In this document: piece after piece, positions 1 to 9,365 of the stretch
Position numbering within the stretch: the stretch's first letter is position 1
Layout of the letters: each line of letters starts with the position of its first letter
IMG/VR virus record: IMGVR_UViG_3300037852_000055
Span: 36,045-100,044 of that record
DNA: 64,000 nucleotides
Reading direction: 5' to 3' (one strand)
DNA from: a virus
Position numbers and translations under genes: made by a program
Notes under the pieces: model-generated
What the model was told of the DNA's origin: nothing
The model's input: the letters and a program-made list of their open reading frames with translations, nothing else
Database searches by the model: none

Positions 1-264
1 TTGCTCAGAGGCGTTGATAATCTTTGTAGTGTTGGTTACCCCATCTACTTCTTTAAGGTTCCCCAACACAGAGTCAACTAAAAAATAAACGTGGTCTTTG
101 TTTAGCTTGAGGTGGACAGTCCCATTGTATAACCATACGTCATCGTTGGTCATTCCAGTGAATCGGTTAATGAACGTGTCCAGTCCCTTTGCCTTTGGGG
201 AAGACTGTTCTATTAGCTCGGCAGAATCCTGAGGCGTACCCAAAGGATTGCCAAACTTTGCCAT
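1..264 (-). CDS. Partial ORF running off the left edge; possible PD-(D/E)XK exonuclease N-terminus
   Basis: Open frame MAKFGNPLGTPQD...DHVYFLVD...DGVTNTTKIIN; the HxY...GVT pattern resembles phage exonuclease N-termini; catalytic part not visible. Confidence 0.35.
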   Translation of the reverse strand, partial: MAKFGNPLGTPQDSAELIEQSSPKAKGLDTFINRFTGMTNDDVWLYNGTVHLKLNKDHVYFLVDSVLGNLKEVDGVTNTTKIINASEQ

Positions 265-278
265 TAATGTGCTAAAGG

Positions 279-503
279 TCATTCAGGTGTTTCTTCAATT
301 TTACCTTTCTTATCAGTGGCATAGTTTTCATCTTCAACTCCAGAGTGTTTTACTAGGTATAGCTTATTCTCTACAACCTTGAAGCTTACTATATCCCAAT
401 CTTGGTCTGCATCAGAGACAGTAATACAATCATTCAAAGTGTTTTTCTTAAGATTAAGACGAACTAAAGTCTCTGGTTTCTCTGTTGCTACTGTAACTTT
501 CAT
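279..503 (-). CDS. Hypothetical protein (start reassigned to MKVTV)
   Basis: GGAGG precedes ATG at 503, which overlaps the upstream stop. Confidence 0.6.
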   Translation of the reverse strand: MKVTVATEKPETLVRLNLKKNTLNDCITVSDADQDWDIVSFKVVENKLYLVKHSGVEDENYATDKKGKIEETPE

Positions 504-943
504 TGGGCCTCCTGTGTGTAAAGCAATGCAAATTCTTCGGTTCCTACAACGTGATCTGGCCTCCACTCAATTACATCTTCCCCTTGGTATTTCCTAGCAA
601 CTGGAATGGAAACCTTGGTAGTACCCTTAGGTGATTCATAGGCATAAAACCTATCATACCCTACGGCTTCTGCTGAGGTTTCCCGGCGCACGATGCCATC
701 GGTGCATACCAGTTCCCCAGGCAACACCTCGGCTGTATTACCTTGTGCTGATACCTTGTTTGCCTCAATGGTTCTGCCTATCTCCACTAACAGATCAACG
801 TCTACAGCACGTTCATCTAGCGCAACAATGGGTGTTCCACAGAACGTGCCTAGAACATCCTCTGCAAATAAACCATCGTGAGAGTAAGTTGGGCCAACGT
901 TTTTACTATGGGTATACAAGTTGTCTAGCTTAAGTGTACTCAT
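500..943 (-). CDS. Hypothetical protein, 147 aa
   Basis: ORF track; tightly packed in the leftward operon. Confidence 0.7.
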   Translation of the reverse strand: MSTLKLDNLYTHSKNVGPTYSHDGLFAEDVLGTFCGTPIVALDERAVDVDLLVEIGRTIEANKVSAQGNTAEVLPGELVCTDGIVRRETSAEAVGYDRFYAYESPKGTTKVSIPVARKYQGEDVIEWRPDHVVGTEEFALLYTQEAQ

Positions 944-946
944 TGT

Positions 947-1111
947 TTATGCCTTGGCTCCAAAGTGAAGTTCTACAAATTCACGCACTGTCTTTGCAAT
1001 GGCAATATCCAAGTCTCCCCCAAATATCTCTAGGAAGTTCTTGGCCTGCTCGGTAGACAATGTGCGGTCACTGACATTCTTAATTACAAGTCGCAGTTTC
1101 TCTGGGTTCAT
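947..1111 (-). CDS. Hypothetical protein, 54 aa (MNPEKLRL...)
   Basis: Fills the gap; ATG overlaps the upstream stop (ATGA). Confidence 0.55.
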   Translation of the reverse strand: MNPEKLRLVIKNVSDRTLSTEQAKNFLEIFGGDLDIAIAKTVREFVELHFGAKA

Positions 1112-2385
1112 TTCTTCTTTTTCTCCTTTGTGATTGCTTCGGCCCTACGCTTGGTTTCTTCCCTAGACTTAAACTCTGCAAGTTGCTTTGTAACAGTCAT
1201 GGTAGGAAGGAATAGGCTGCTCAGGAAATCATTATACCATGAGCCTCTCTTAAGTGTTGCAGACCTGAGGCGTTCCCTATCTTCAGGTGTAAGCTTCTTC
1301 CTTGATAGCGCCTTGGCTTCCTCAGTCCATGCCGGGTCATTTCCAAGCTTAAACAACAGGGTTTCCACTTCTCTACGGATGGGGGCGTACTCATTCTGTG
1401 TCCTTAGTTCTTTCTCCTTTTTCTTGGCGGCTTCTACCTTTTCATTCAGTACGCTTATGCGTATGCTGTCTACAACCTTCTTTTCCTCTAGGGCAGCGGC
1501 ATTTTCTTCACGTTCCTTTTGTAAACGTTTGACTTCTGCTTTGTCTTTTTCTCGGCGTGCTTCAGCTTCTTTCTTGATAGAAGCTTCGTACTCATCCTTG
1601 GCTTTCTTCTCTCGTTCCTTACGCTCTTTTTCCAACCTCAGAGATTCTTTTATAGCTTCTTGTTCGGCCTTGCGAATTTCCTCCTTAGTTTTGTCTACGC
1701 GGTCAACGTTGCGCTTTATTTCACTGGTGATCTTGAGCAATTCACTGGTAGTGATAGGTACCTTTTCCCCGGTACGATCCTTGGTTACCAATAGGTTCTC
1801 ATTGAAATGCCCTGTCTCTTGCAGATGCAAAGCATTAAGAGCAGCTACAACGCTGTCATCAGGCTTCACAGTGCCGTCCCCACGATCCTTTGTTCTTCCT
1901 AGGAATGTGGCTATGTTTTTAGCCGTGTAAGGTAGCTTGGGAAACGTTTTCCCAGGCTCCTTGCCGGGGACATAACTAGGGGCGTACCTGATGTGTGCTG
2001 CCGGAGTAAACTGCTCAATCTCAAACTTTATAATGCCCTTGGCAACACATTGCACAACTGCCTTGACAGACTCAATTAAAGACTGAGGAGTAGACCCATA
2101 GGTTTCCCGGTTCTCCGAGTCCATTACCTGAATCATCTGAGCATCAGTAAGGGTTTTTATTATGAAGTCTGCTTCGGTTATACCTGAGCGTTTTGCACTT
2201 TCAAGCCTGTGATGGCCATAGGCAAGCTCATATTTTCCCTGAGCATTTTTTCTCACCATAACGTTGCTCCAAAAACCTGTTAAGTTTATGGAAGCCATTA
2301 ATTCCGCTATGCGTTCTTCAATTAAGGGATTGGCCTTCAAATCTCTAAATGGATTATTTAGGATTTCTTTCAGCTTTAAGATCAT
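1108..2385 (-). CDS. ParB/Srx N-terminal-domain protein with long coiled coil
   Basis: NPFR...ELMASI...G...YELAYGHHRL...SENRE matches the ParB-N (GxxR) pattern; K/E-rich helical C-half. Confidence 0.8.
   Translation of the reverse strand: MILKLKEILNNPFRDLKANPLIEERIAELMASINLTGFWSNVMVRKNAQGKYELAYGHHRLESAKRSGITEADFIIKTLTDAQMIQVMDSENRETYGSTPQSLIESVKAVVQCVAKGIIKFEIEQFTPAAHIRYAPSYVPGKEPGKTFPKLPYTAKNIATFLGRTKDRGDGTVKPDDSVVAALNALHLQETGHFNENLLVTKDRTGEKVPITTSELLKITSEIKRNVDRVDKTKEEIRKAEQEAIKESLRLEKERKEREKKAKDEYEASIKKEAEARREKDKAEVKRLQKEREENAAALEEKKVVDSIRISVLNEKVEAAKKKEKELRTQNEYAPIRREVETLLFKLGNDPAWTEEAKALSRKKLTPEDRERLRSATLKRGSWYNDFLSSLFLPTMTVTKQLAEFKSREETKRRAEAITKEKKKK
1934..1958. promoter_or_regulatory. 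25-bp palindrome, copy 1 (inside parB-like gene)
   Basis: AGCTTGGGAAA-CGT-TTTCCCAGGCT; 24/25 identical to 23877-23901. Confidence 0.65.
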
Positions 2386-2681
2386 TGTCTCCCTTCTATT
2401 TCCTTGGCAATTTTCCCTTGGAGCTTCTTGGTATTACGCTTCTGTTGTTCCTGCGCCTGATACTGTAGGAATGCATAAGGCTTGTCTCCAAATTTGCTGG
2501 GAAGATTGCTGGGTGTCTGACAGGCCTCTACTACTTGTACACCCCCAAGTTTTACCCCTACTTTAGTAGCAGGTATTTTGTACTCCACTCCACCATCAGG
2601 ATAAATTGTCATTATGGTGGGCAATTCTACCCCGTACACTTTGACCAAACGCTTAAGAGGTTTGGTTAACAGTGCTGCCAT
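2382..2681 (-). CDS. Hypothetical protein, 99 aa
   Basis: AAGGAGG RBS; stop overlaps the parB-like start. Confidence 0.75.
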   Translation of the reverse strand: MAALLTKPLKRLVKVYGVELPTIMTIYPDGGVEYKIPATKVGVKLGGVQVVEACQTPSNLPSKFGDKPYAFLQYQAQEQQKRNTKKLQGKIAKEIEGRQ

Positions 2682-2827
2682 GGATTCCTCCTTTGTGAGA
2701 GAACAAAGCCATAGGGTCTGGAGGTGTCTAAGCTATCTCTCATTTGCCTAAAACCCCTATGGCTTCCCTGCTGCGAGTTTCCTCCAGCATCTTAAATAGT
2801 ATACCACAAAACCACTGGTTATTGCAA
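2682..2827 (-). promoter_or_regulatory. Sigma70-type promoter plus structured 5' leader
   Basis: TTGCAA-N18-(TGg)TATACT; 11-bp stem 2706-2716/2755-2765. Confidence 0.6.
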
Positions 2828-3211
2828 GGCCATTTCCTCAGGCTTACCTCCAGCATTGTAGAAGCGTACCCTTCGTACCCCAGCTACCCTGCATAGTTCT
2901 AAGCAATTGGCACAGGGCTTGGAACACCCAAGTGTACCATCAGCACGCCTACGAGCCACGTATAGGGTCAAGTTTCTATCACCCTCATAGTAGCGCCTTC
3001 TGACAAGGGCCTGGGCCTCAGCATGGGTGCTACGCACGAAGTCTTTTCCGTTGTCAGATGCCGGGTGTGACCGTGCATATATATTGGCACCTATGGAAAG
3101 AAGCCTAGGGCCGCTGTAGAGCGCAGAGCCTAACCGTAGGGCTTTCCTAGGGGCATCCGATAGTTCCGTAGCAGCCAGAGCAGTTTCGTAACCGCGCTCT
3201 TGTTGATTCAT
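2819..3211 (-). CDS. Cytidine/dCMP deaminase-family protein
   Basis: HAE and PCANC zinc-binding motifs. Confidence 0.85.
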   Translation of the reverse strand: MNQQERGYETALAATELSDAPRKALRLGSALYSGPRLLSIGANIYARSHPASDNGKDFVRSTHAEAQALVRRRYYEGDRNLTLYVARRRADGTLGCSKPCANCLELCRVAGVRRVRFYNAGGKPEEMALQ

Positions 3212-3350
3212 TTCTCTTGCAGAGCCTTAAGTTGCTGTACGACTTTGCCATAGTACACAATAGCTTTGTTTTCATTAACAGTGAAGTTTTCGCGGCCTTC
3301 CCTATTACGTCGTTTAAGTTGCTTGGAAACACTTCGCACGTACTGAGCAA

Positions 3351-3713
3351 TCACTTTTTCAAACATAGTCCCATCCTTTGTAATTCCTTTGTGAATTCCT
3401 TGGCCCCGGCCTCGGCCTTAAGCCGTTGCCAGAACGGAAGATTTAACCAGCCGCGCACTCCTTGGGGAACCTCAGCATCAAAGCAAAGGTTTTTGTACTC
3501 CACCCAACAATGCCCTACACCTTTGATGTTATGCCCTGCAATTTTTGAGCCTTCTACAAAGTCAAACACAATGGTCGCCCATTCAAAACACTGGCCATCG
3601 TTTATGTCCTGCTCCGGCATTCCTTTGAACAATAAGGTAGCGTGTAGACAAGCCTCGGTACACAAAAGCCTGTCCCGTTTCAATGCTAGGCGTGCCTTGA
3701 ACTTCTTGTCCAC
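3351..3713 (-). CDS. Hypothetical protein with Cys-His-Asp pattern (probable GTG start at 3713)
   Basis: NDGQCFEWA...GHCWV...FDAE; the longer track start overlaps another small ORF. Confidence 0.55.
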   Translation of the reverse strand: MDKKFKARLALKRDRLLCTEACLHATLLFKGMPEQDINDGQCFEWATIVFDFVEGSKIAGHNIKGVGHCWVEYKNLCFDAEVPQGVRGWLNLPFWQRLKAEAGAKEFTKELQRMGLCLKK

Positions 3714-4018
3714 CCTCTTAGTCAAAATTGCCCTCCATAGGGTTATCCTCGGTTTCTTCTTCGTAATCATCAAATGGATCGTCCCAAGGATAGTCATGGT
3801 CTTCTTCATACCATGGGGAAGCATAGTCCCAATCGTCATCTATGAAGTTCATTGTTCTACCTTTCTGGGAAGCATAATCTTTCCCCATTGCCCTGTAGAC
3901 TCATTGTACTGTTGCTGTGGTCTACCCTGGCATTTCCTTTGTTTCCACTCGGCAGCGGCCCGGTAGTTTTTCCGTGAATTATTTTTGGTTTTCTTAAGGA
4001 TTCCTTCTGGTCTAGCCA

Positions 4019-4234
4019 TTAAATTTTCTCCTCCCAATACCTTGTATGCTGTGCTGCCCACTCTGCATCTTTCTTGGGATACCCATCGCGCACAAGCGTA
4101 GCAGCCACGCTCAGGCCCTCCGGTAGGAATTGCTTGGGGAACCCATAGCGCCACCCACTAGGAGGGTCATAGATCGTCACAGTGTTTGGCTTGGCAATAA
4201 CCTCGTGTACTTCGGTCATGCTCAGCACTTTCAT
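4019..4234 (-). CDS. Hypothetical protein, 71 aa
   Basis: DPPSGWRYGFPK; coupled to the upstream stop. Confidence 0.65.
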   Translation of the reverse strand: MKVLSMTEVHEVIAKPNTVTIYDPPSGWRYGFPKQFLPEGLSVAATLVRDGYPKKDAEWAAQHTRYWEEKI

Positions 4235-4884
4235 CCTGTCACCAACTGTACACGGCCTTGGTTGTCTGCGCCGAATTCACGTTGGGCAAATTCAATGGCT
4301 TCTTTGTGGGTATGAAACACAGCAACATTTTGGAATGCACCCTCTGGATCACCAATAGCTTCTGATGTGGGAATGTCTACATAATAAGTTCTCTGTTCTT
4401 TTTCCATTTTAAGCCTCCATTTGGCCCACGTATCTGCTACGTTGTCGCTGTTTGTGCCTTCAAATAGATGAGAAAAACGCACACAAAGCCTGTTATCACA
4501 TTTATGCAAAGCTTGTGGGTTAGGCCATTTTCCTGTGGCTAAAAACCAAGCAACTCTGTGGGCCAGCTTAGTTACACGACGAGGTTCAATGCCAACACTT
4601 CCATATCCGCTTCCAGTTTTTGCTCCTGTCCAAAACCAACACCTTGTATCGGCAATATCCGGGTGCATTTTTGTAGACCTTTTGCTTGGCAAAGGGCCGC
4701 GTTTGTTCACTTTAGCCCAAAAACGCTCGTTTAATGGTTTTCTTTTTAGGCGGCTGTTATGCCCAGAAATAAACCTAATAGGTTGTCCTTTTACCCAGCC
4801 CATCCTTGAGCGTGTTCTAACAGCTATGGGGGCTGGTTTTCCACAGCCACATTCACATAGTTTTACTTTCCTTGTTCTAGCCAA
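4231..4884 (-). CDS. HNH homing endonuclease, in frame with a downstream small ORF
   Basis: CECGCG N-terminus; CWFWTG...GYG...AHRVAW...HKCDNRLCV...HL..GT..DN. Confidence 0.85.
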   Translation of the reverse strand: MARTRKVKLCECGCGKPAPIAVRTRSRMGWVKGQPIRFISGHNSRLKRKPLNERFWAKVNKRGPLPSKRSTKMHPDIADTRCWFWTGAKTGSGYGSVGIEPRRVTKLAHRVAWFLATGKWPNPQALHKCDNRLCVRFSHLFEGTNSDNVADTWAKWRLKMEKEQRTYYVDIPTSEAIGDPEGAFQNVAVFHTHKEAIEFAQREFGADNQGRVQLVTG

Positions 4885-5057
4885 TATGTGTACTGTCCTC
4901 TGCTTTCTTTGTTCATTCTGTTTATAAGCTGTAAACTTTCATACTCTGGCATTCCTATGCTCATGAATGGTATTCCCATGCGTGTAAAGTGCTCTCGTTC
5001 AAAGAATAGCTCCAAAGGTTTATCCCCGACTACAGTGAAGTACGTTTGGTATCGCAT
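4863..5057 (-). CDS. Hypothetical protein
   Basis: ORF track; AGGAG RBS. Confidence 0.55.
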   Translation of the reverse strand: MRYQTYFTVVGDKPLELFFEREHFTRMGIPFMSIGMPEYESLQLINRMNKESRGQYTYWLEQGK

Positions 5058-5242
5058 CTACGCTCCTTTCGATTGGGTCGTTTCTTAGACACGGCAACCA
5101 TGGCGTATACATGGGTATTAGAATGGCCCACCTTGGTTTCTCCCATGCGTGTCCTGAACCCTACCCTTCGGAGAGACACGGTTAACCCAAGGATAGTCGC
5201 TAGCCCGGCTTCGGTATGTGGGAAGATGTAGTGCTCGACCAT
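5030..5242 (-). CDS. Hypothetical protein
   Basis: ORF track; GGAGG RBS. Confidence 0.6.
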   Translation of the reverse strand: MVEHYIFPHTEAGLATILGLTVSLRRVGFRTRMGETKVGHSNTHVYAMVAVSKKRPNRKERRCDTKRTSL

Positions 5243-5479
5243 TTTATCCTCCAGTATATTTCAAGAAGTTTAACAGCGTGCTCACAAGCTCATGCACAGG
5301 AGTACTCAAGGATAATTGATCTACCTTTTCAATGAGCACCTGTAGTTCTGTTTTTTCGTATGCAAGGTATACAATTTCCTGCTGAGGTTCTGCCATGGTT
5401 CTCCTTTTCTCTCTGGGCAACAAAGGCTTTACCCGATGCAATTACCCTATGGATAAATGCAAGGTTTAGTTTAATGGGT

Positions 5480-5761
5480 TTAGTAGGCTTCAATTTTGAA
5501 CCCATACTTTTTCATATCATCTGGGTAAGTAGCAGCAAAAAATTGCTGTGCAGGAAGGGACAATTGACTCCACGTAGTATCTGGGTCTGCTTCGATATTG
5601 TCAAAGTCAATTATATCAGCTTGCCCTGTGTTCAATAGGTCTACCTGAGCATTGCCAACGTATTGCACTGTGCCACCATCTACAACTACAAAGAATGGCC
5701 CAAGGTTTGCCAAGGTTTCCTTAGTAGCATCACGCTCAAGTTTGTCGTTACGTCTTGTCAT
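5480..5761 (-). CDS. Hypothetical protein (start reassigned to MTRRND)
   Basis: The longer track start overlaps the flavoprotein gene; purine-rich RBS before 5761. Confidence 0.6.
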   Translation of the reverse strand: MTRRNDKLERDATKETLANLGPFFVVVDGGTVQYVGNAQVDLLNTGQADIIDFDNIEADPDTTWSQLSLPAQQFFAATYPDDMKKYGFKIEAY

Positions 5762-5835
5762 TTGCTTCCCCTTTCCTAATGGTGATAAATTCCACGCTTT
5801 GTAGCCCCAAGACAACATAGAACCCAAGGTTTTCA

Positions 5836-6795
5836 TCACACCCCCAGCGTAGCAATGTACGCATGAATTCTTGACACAACCATTGAACCTTCCCCGGCAC
5901 TTGCAGCGATACGCTTGACCGACCCTGAGCGTATGTCTCCTGCGGCAAATACCCCTAGGCATGAAGTCTGGTAATCACTGGTGTTTATAAACCCTAGGGA
6001 ATCCAGTTCACATGCCCCCTGTAACCAAGCAGTCCTAGGAATAGCCCCAATAAATACAAAGAGTCCATCTGTTTTCACTGTAGTTGCCTTGTCTTCCGAA
6101 GGCAAAGCATGGCTGTTGATTGTGATTGACTGCAAAACTTCACCGTTACCTGTAGCAGAGGTAACCTCTGAGTCAAGCAACACGGTGATGTTCTTGGTCT
6201 GCTCAATGCGTGCCAGTAGATAAGCACTCAGGTTAGTTCCCAAGGAAGTCGAGCGTACAACTAAGCTTACTCGCTCAGCAAACTTAGCTAACCACAAAGC
6301 AGCTTGCCCTGCGCTATTAGCCCCACCCACTACAGTTACTTTCTTGTCCTTGAATTCATAAGCAGAGTCCATATTTAACCCATAGAACACACCCTTGTGA
6401 ATGTATTCTTCAACACCTGGGGCTTCCAGTTTACGCCACTGCAATCCCTGAGCCAACAACACAGCTTTGCCAATGATCTTTGAGTCGTTGCTCAATGACA
6501 CAGTGCGGTAGTGACCGTCTATAGTCAATCCTGTGGCATTAACCCCGGTAATAAACTTGGCACCAAAACGTTTGGCTTGGGTATATGCTCTGGACATTAA
6601 TTGCGGCCCCGTAAGTCCATTGGGAAACCCAAGGTAGTTTTCGATGCGCGATGAATGCTTTGCTTGTCCTCCTACTTTGTCTTCTGCTTCGATTACTACA
6701 GTAGATATACCCTCGCTTGCAGAGTTCATTGCTGCGGAAAGCCCTGCTGGGCCTGCGCCAACAATTACCAGATCAGCAAATTGCATAGGTGTCAT
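5836..6795 (-). CDS. Thioredoxin-reductase-like FAD/NAD(P)H oxidoreductase lacking CxxC
   Basis: IVGAGPAGLSAA, IENYLGFP, VVGGANSA, GVFAAGD motifs. Confidence 0.9.
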   Translation of the reverse strand: MTPMQFADLVIVGAGPAGLSAAMNSASEGISTVVIEAEDKVGGQAKHSSRIENYLGFPNGLTGPQLMSRAYTQAKRFGAKFITGVNATGLTIDGHYRTVSLSNDSKIIGKAVLLAQGLQWRKLEAPGVEEYIHKGVFYGLNMDSAYEFKDKKVTVVGGANSAGQAALWLAKFAERVSLVVRSTSLGTNLSAYLLARIEQTKNITVLLDSEVTSATGNGEVLQSITINSHALPSEDKATTVKTDGLFVFIGAIPRTAWLQGACELDSLGFINTSDYQTSCLGVFAAGDIRSGSVKRIAASAGEGSMVVSRIHAYIATLGV

Positions 6796-7310
6796 AGGGT
6801 AGCTGGTTCAATTGCTTTGATGTACTTAGGCTCCACGGTACAGCGGCACACATAGCCATTGTAGTCACTGTTATCCCCTTCAAAGGCGCTGGCTAATGCA
6901 AGTGGTATATCAAAAGCTATTACTACAGGTTCTTCTTTGCACTTACAGGAGTCACCAAACTTAATAAACTCACTGCCATAAGTAGGGTGAACTAGTTTAT
7001 CTCCCTTGCTGGCCATTTCATATTCTGCCCTAAACACAGCATACCCCGTAGCTGCCAGTTTATCCTTGGTAACATATACAAAAGGCTCTTGTTCAGATGG
7101 GTAATCTTTCCATCGCCGCCGTTCATTCTCAATTCCAAAGAACATGCTAAGCATATCATGGGCACTCATATCATAGACGTATTCACGGTGAGGCACTAGG
7201 CCTTCACGTTGAATTGCCTCGGCTCTACGCTTTGTAGTTCCATGGTAATAAAGCACTGGTTTCTCCTTTAGTGAATGTAAATCAAACCCACTGCGAACAC
7301 TGTGAACCAC
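6792..7310 (-). CDS. ADP-ribosyltransferase-fold (Tpt1/KptA-like) protein
   Basis: YYHGT...AIQREGL...VYVT...VEPKYI; true start is probably downstream of the track start. Confidence 0.55.
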   Translation of the reverse strand: MVHSVRSGFDLHSLKEKPVLYYHGTTKRRAEAIQREGLVPHREYVYDMSAHDMLSMFFGIENERRRWKDYPSEQEPFVYVTKDKLAATGYAVFRAEYEMASKGDKLVHPTYGSEFIKFGDSCKCKEEPVVIAFDIPLALASAFEGDNSDYNGYVCRCTVEPKYIKAIEPATL

Positions 7311-7361
7311 AGGGCAACCACAAGGGCTGCAAGGAAAGTTTTGAATTGGTTATACATGGGC

Positions 7362-7733
7362 CTAATACCTCACTCTGGTATCGGTAAATGCCGTGGTCAA
7401 AGCTTGGGCAGCATGACGTTTAATGCTGTTCATACATTTTGACAATGCTGGCCCTACTTCCATGTGGCACGCACTGAAATCTACAGGTACAGCCATTGTA
7501 ACCTCGGGCTTGTGCGTTAAAGCTTCAAAACTGTCCTGTGGGTTACTCATGTAGTTTGCATACCACTCTGGCCAGTTTTCGTCTTTGCCATGAGCCTGTT
7601 CGTATACGTGGTGAGCATCAGCGGCCTTACGCATGGCTTGTGCCAATTCATCAACAGATTCAAATACAACATGCTTATGCCCTGCATGTGCCGAAGGTAC
7701 GTTGCTTGTAAATTTAGTCAACCAAGTAAACAT
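7362..7733 (-). CDS. Hypothetical protein
   Basis: FESVDELAQAMRKAADAH...WPEWYANYM resembles a helical domain seen appended to some glyoxalases; GGAGG RBS. Confidence 0.6.
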   Translation of the reverse strand: MFTWLTKFTSNVPSAHAGHKHVVFESVDELAQAMRKAADAHHVYEQAHGKDENWPEWYANYMSNPQDSFEALTHKPEVTMAVPVDFSACHMEVGPALSKCMNSIKRHAAQALTTAFTDTRVRY

Positions 7734-7747
7734 AGTTAAATGCCCTC

Positions 7748-7861
7748 CGTCACCTAGGCATCATAAGGGCTGTGCCTTGTATTGCCATCGTCTGCACGCA
7801 CTGAGTCAGGGAGAAAACCTAGTTACGCCTAGTGCAGCGGCAACTTGATACCTAGATGACG
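7748..7861 (-). other. Long-stem RNA hairpin directly 5' of an RBS
   Basis: 16-bp stem 7748-7763/7846-7861 with G-U pairs on the minus strand. Confidence 0.6.
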
Positions 7862-7886
7862 CAGAGCATTCGCTCTGCGCTAATAG

Positions 7887-8180
7887 TTATTTGTTTCTTA
7901 AAATATCAAAAGCTTCTGCTATGCCATGTTTAGCAAAATCATCAGGTAACCCCGCTGCACGCATAATTTCTTTAGCAAGGTCTACAAACTTATCGTGCCA
8001 GAAGTTTGCAGAGTTAACTTGATCATCCACAAGTTTAATCAATTCTTTTCGACTCTCAAGGAAATACATATCCCCATACTTGAGTCTTCCTTTTTCAGCG
8101 GCGAAGTCAAACAGTTGGAAGGCATATTGTTTCTCTGTGAACTTGGTATCAAACATAGACTCCTCCTTTAATACTTGCAT
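7887..8180 (-). CDS. Hypothetical protein
   Basis: ORF track; likely start is MFDTK after AGGAGG. Confidence 0.6.
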   Translation of the reverse strand: MQVLKEESMFDTKFTEKQYAFQLFDFAAEKGRLKYGDMYFLESRKELIKLVDDQVNSANFWHDKFVDLAKEIMRAAGLPDDFAKHGIAEAFDILRNK

Positions 8181-8617
8181 GGTACAGGCCGTTGCCTGTT
8201 GTTCTGTTGCTCCACCAGCTTAAGCACTGGTTCTACATAGTCGCGTGCTACGTCTATCTGAGGGTCAAGGTAGGTATCTCGGTAGGTTTTCGAGTCATTG
8301 TACGTGAGCACAGCTTTCTTGGTAACACGCACAGGTTTACGCTCAGACCAACGACACTCTGCACCTAAGCCTTGTATATCTACAAAACCCCAAGGGGATT
8401 TAACAATTACATGCCCCGGTGTTTCTTGTTCATCCAACTCATCCTCAGTGAACAAACCATATATCGGCCACTTGGTTTTCTCGTTCATTGCCAAGGCGAA
8501 ACTGTGGCACTGTCCTCTGGTAAAAACCTTCTCTACTTCTTTGCTAAGAATACCCTTGGGAATTTGAGTTTCATAGTCTGTTCCAAATACCAAGTAAGTG
8601 ACATTGCAGTATTCCAT
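8168..8617 (-). CDS. Hypothetical protein with Cys-His-Asp pattern
   Basis: FTRGQCHSFALA...GHVIV...VDIQG. Confidence 0.65.
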   Translation of the reverse strand: MEYCNVTYLVFGTDYETQIPKGILSKEVEKVFTRGQCHSFALAMNEKTKWPIYGLFTEDELDEQETPGHVIVKSPWGFVDIQGLGAECRWSERKPVRVTKKAVLTYNDSKTYRDTYLDPQIDVARDYVEPVLKLVEQQNNRQRPVPCKY

Positions 8618-8620
8618 GGC

Positions 8621-8869
8621 TTACTCCTCTGGTGTATTCACGGTTACCTTACCGCGTTTGCTTGGGGGCAGACACTCGATTAAGTCCCCAAGGGTTAGGT
8701 CTTTGATCTTGAGCCTAGGCAATAGGTCACGAAGATCGTAAGGCGTCTGTTGCATCACGGCATTGTCTGGGGATGCCCACAGTAGAAACTTGCCATCGTA
8801 GGTATACACAGTGCCTATCAGGTCTTGCAAGTGCTCAAGAATTGTCTTAGGCATAATGCCCTGTTGCAT
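8621..8869 (-). CDS. Hypothetical protein
   Basis: ORF track; packed operon. Confidence 0.55.
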   Translation of the reverse strand: MQQGIMPKTILEHLQDLIGTVYTYDGKFLLWASPDNAVMQQTPYDLRDLLPRLKIKDLTLGDLIECLPPSKRGKVTVNTPEE

Positions 8870-9086
8870 CCGAGAGTGTATCCACGTTTTCTACCCTTGG
8901 GGCTAAGTACATGATCTGCTCAGGCGTAAGTTCCCCAGAGCACGCCTTGAGGTACGTTGCTTCGTTCATCCATTCCCGGTGGGAATTGTCATAGGACAAA
9001 CCCTCGGATACCTCTAGTTCAGTGATAAGTGATTCGGCATCGTACACCCCAGAGCCGCACTCAGAAAAATCAACTCCGGCTCTCAC
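8847..9086 (-). CDS. Hypothetical protein
   Basis: ORF track; packed operon. Confidence 0.55.
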   Translation of the reverse strand: MRAGVDFSECGSGVYDAESLITELEVSEGLSYDNSHREWMNEATYLKACSGELTPEQIMYLAPRVENVDTLSDATGHYA

Positions 9087-9365
9087 TTAGCACCGCCTTT
9101 GGGTAATGCTTTGTACATTTCCTCGGTGAACATAACTTCCCCACGTTTACGCTTGGGCACAGTCTTGAGTGTTTCCCGGCGCTGCTTGTTGCTCAGTGGT
9201 TTCTTCATTGGATTCTCCTTTAATTTCCATCGCTTTGTGTTGTTTGTGTCTTGGGCAATAACTACCGTCACCTGTTTTCCATAGACAACGGTTTACAGGG
9301 CAGAGCTTCCATGGATGATTCAGCTTGTCCTCGGCCACTTTGCTAGCGGTACTCATTTGTCTACT

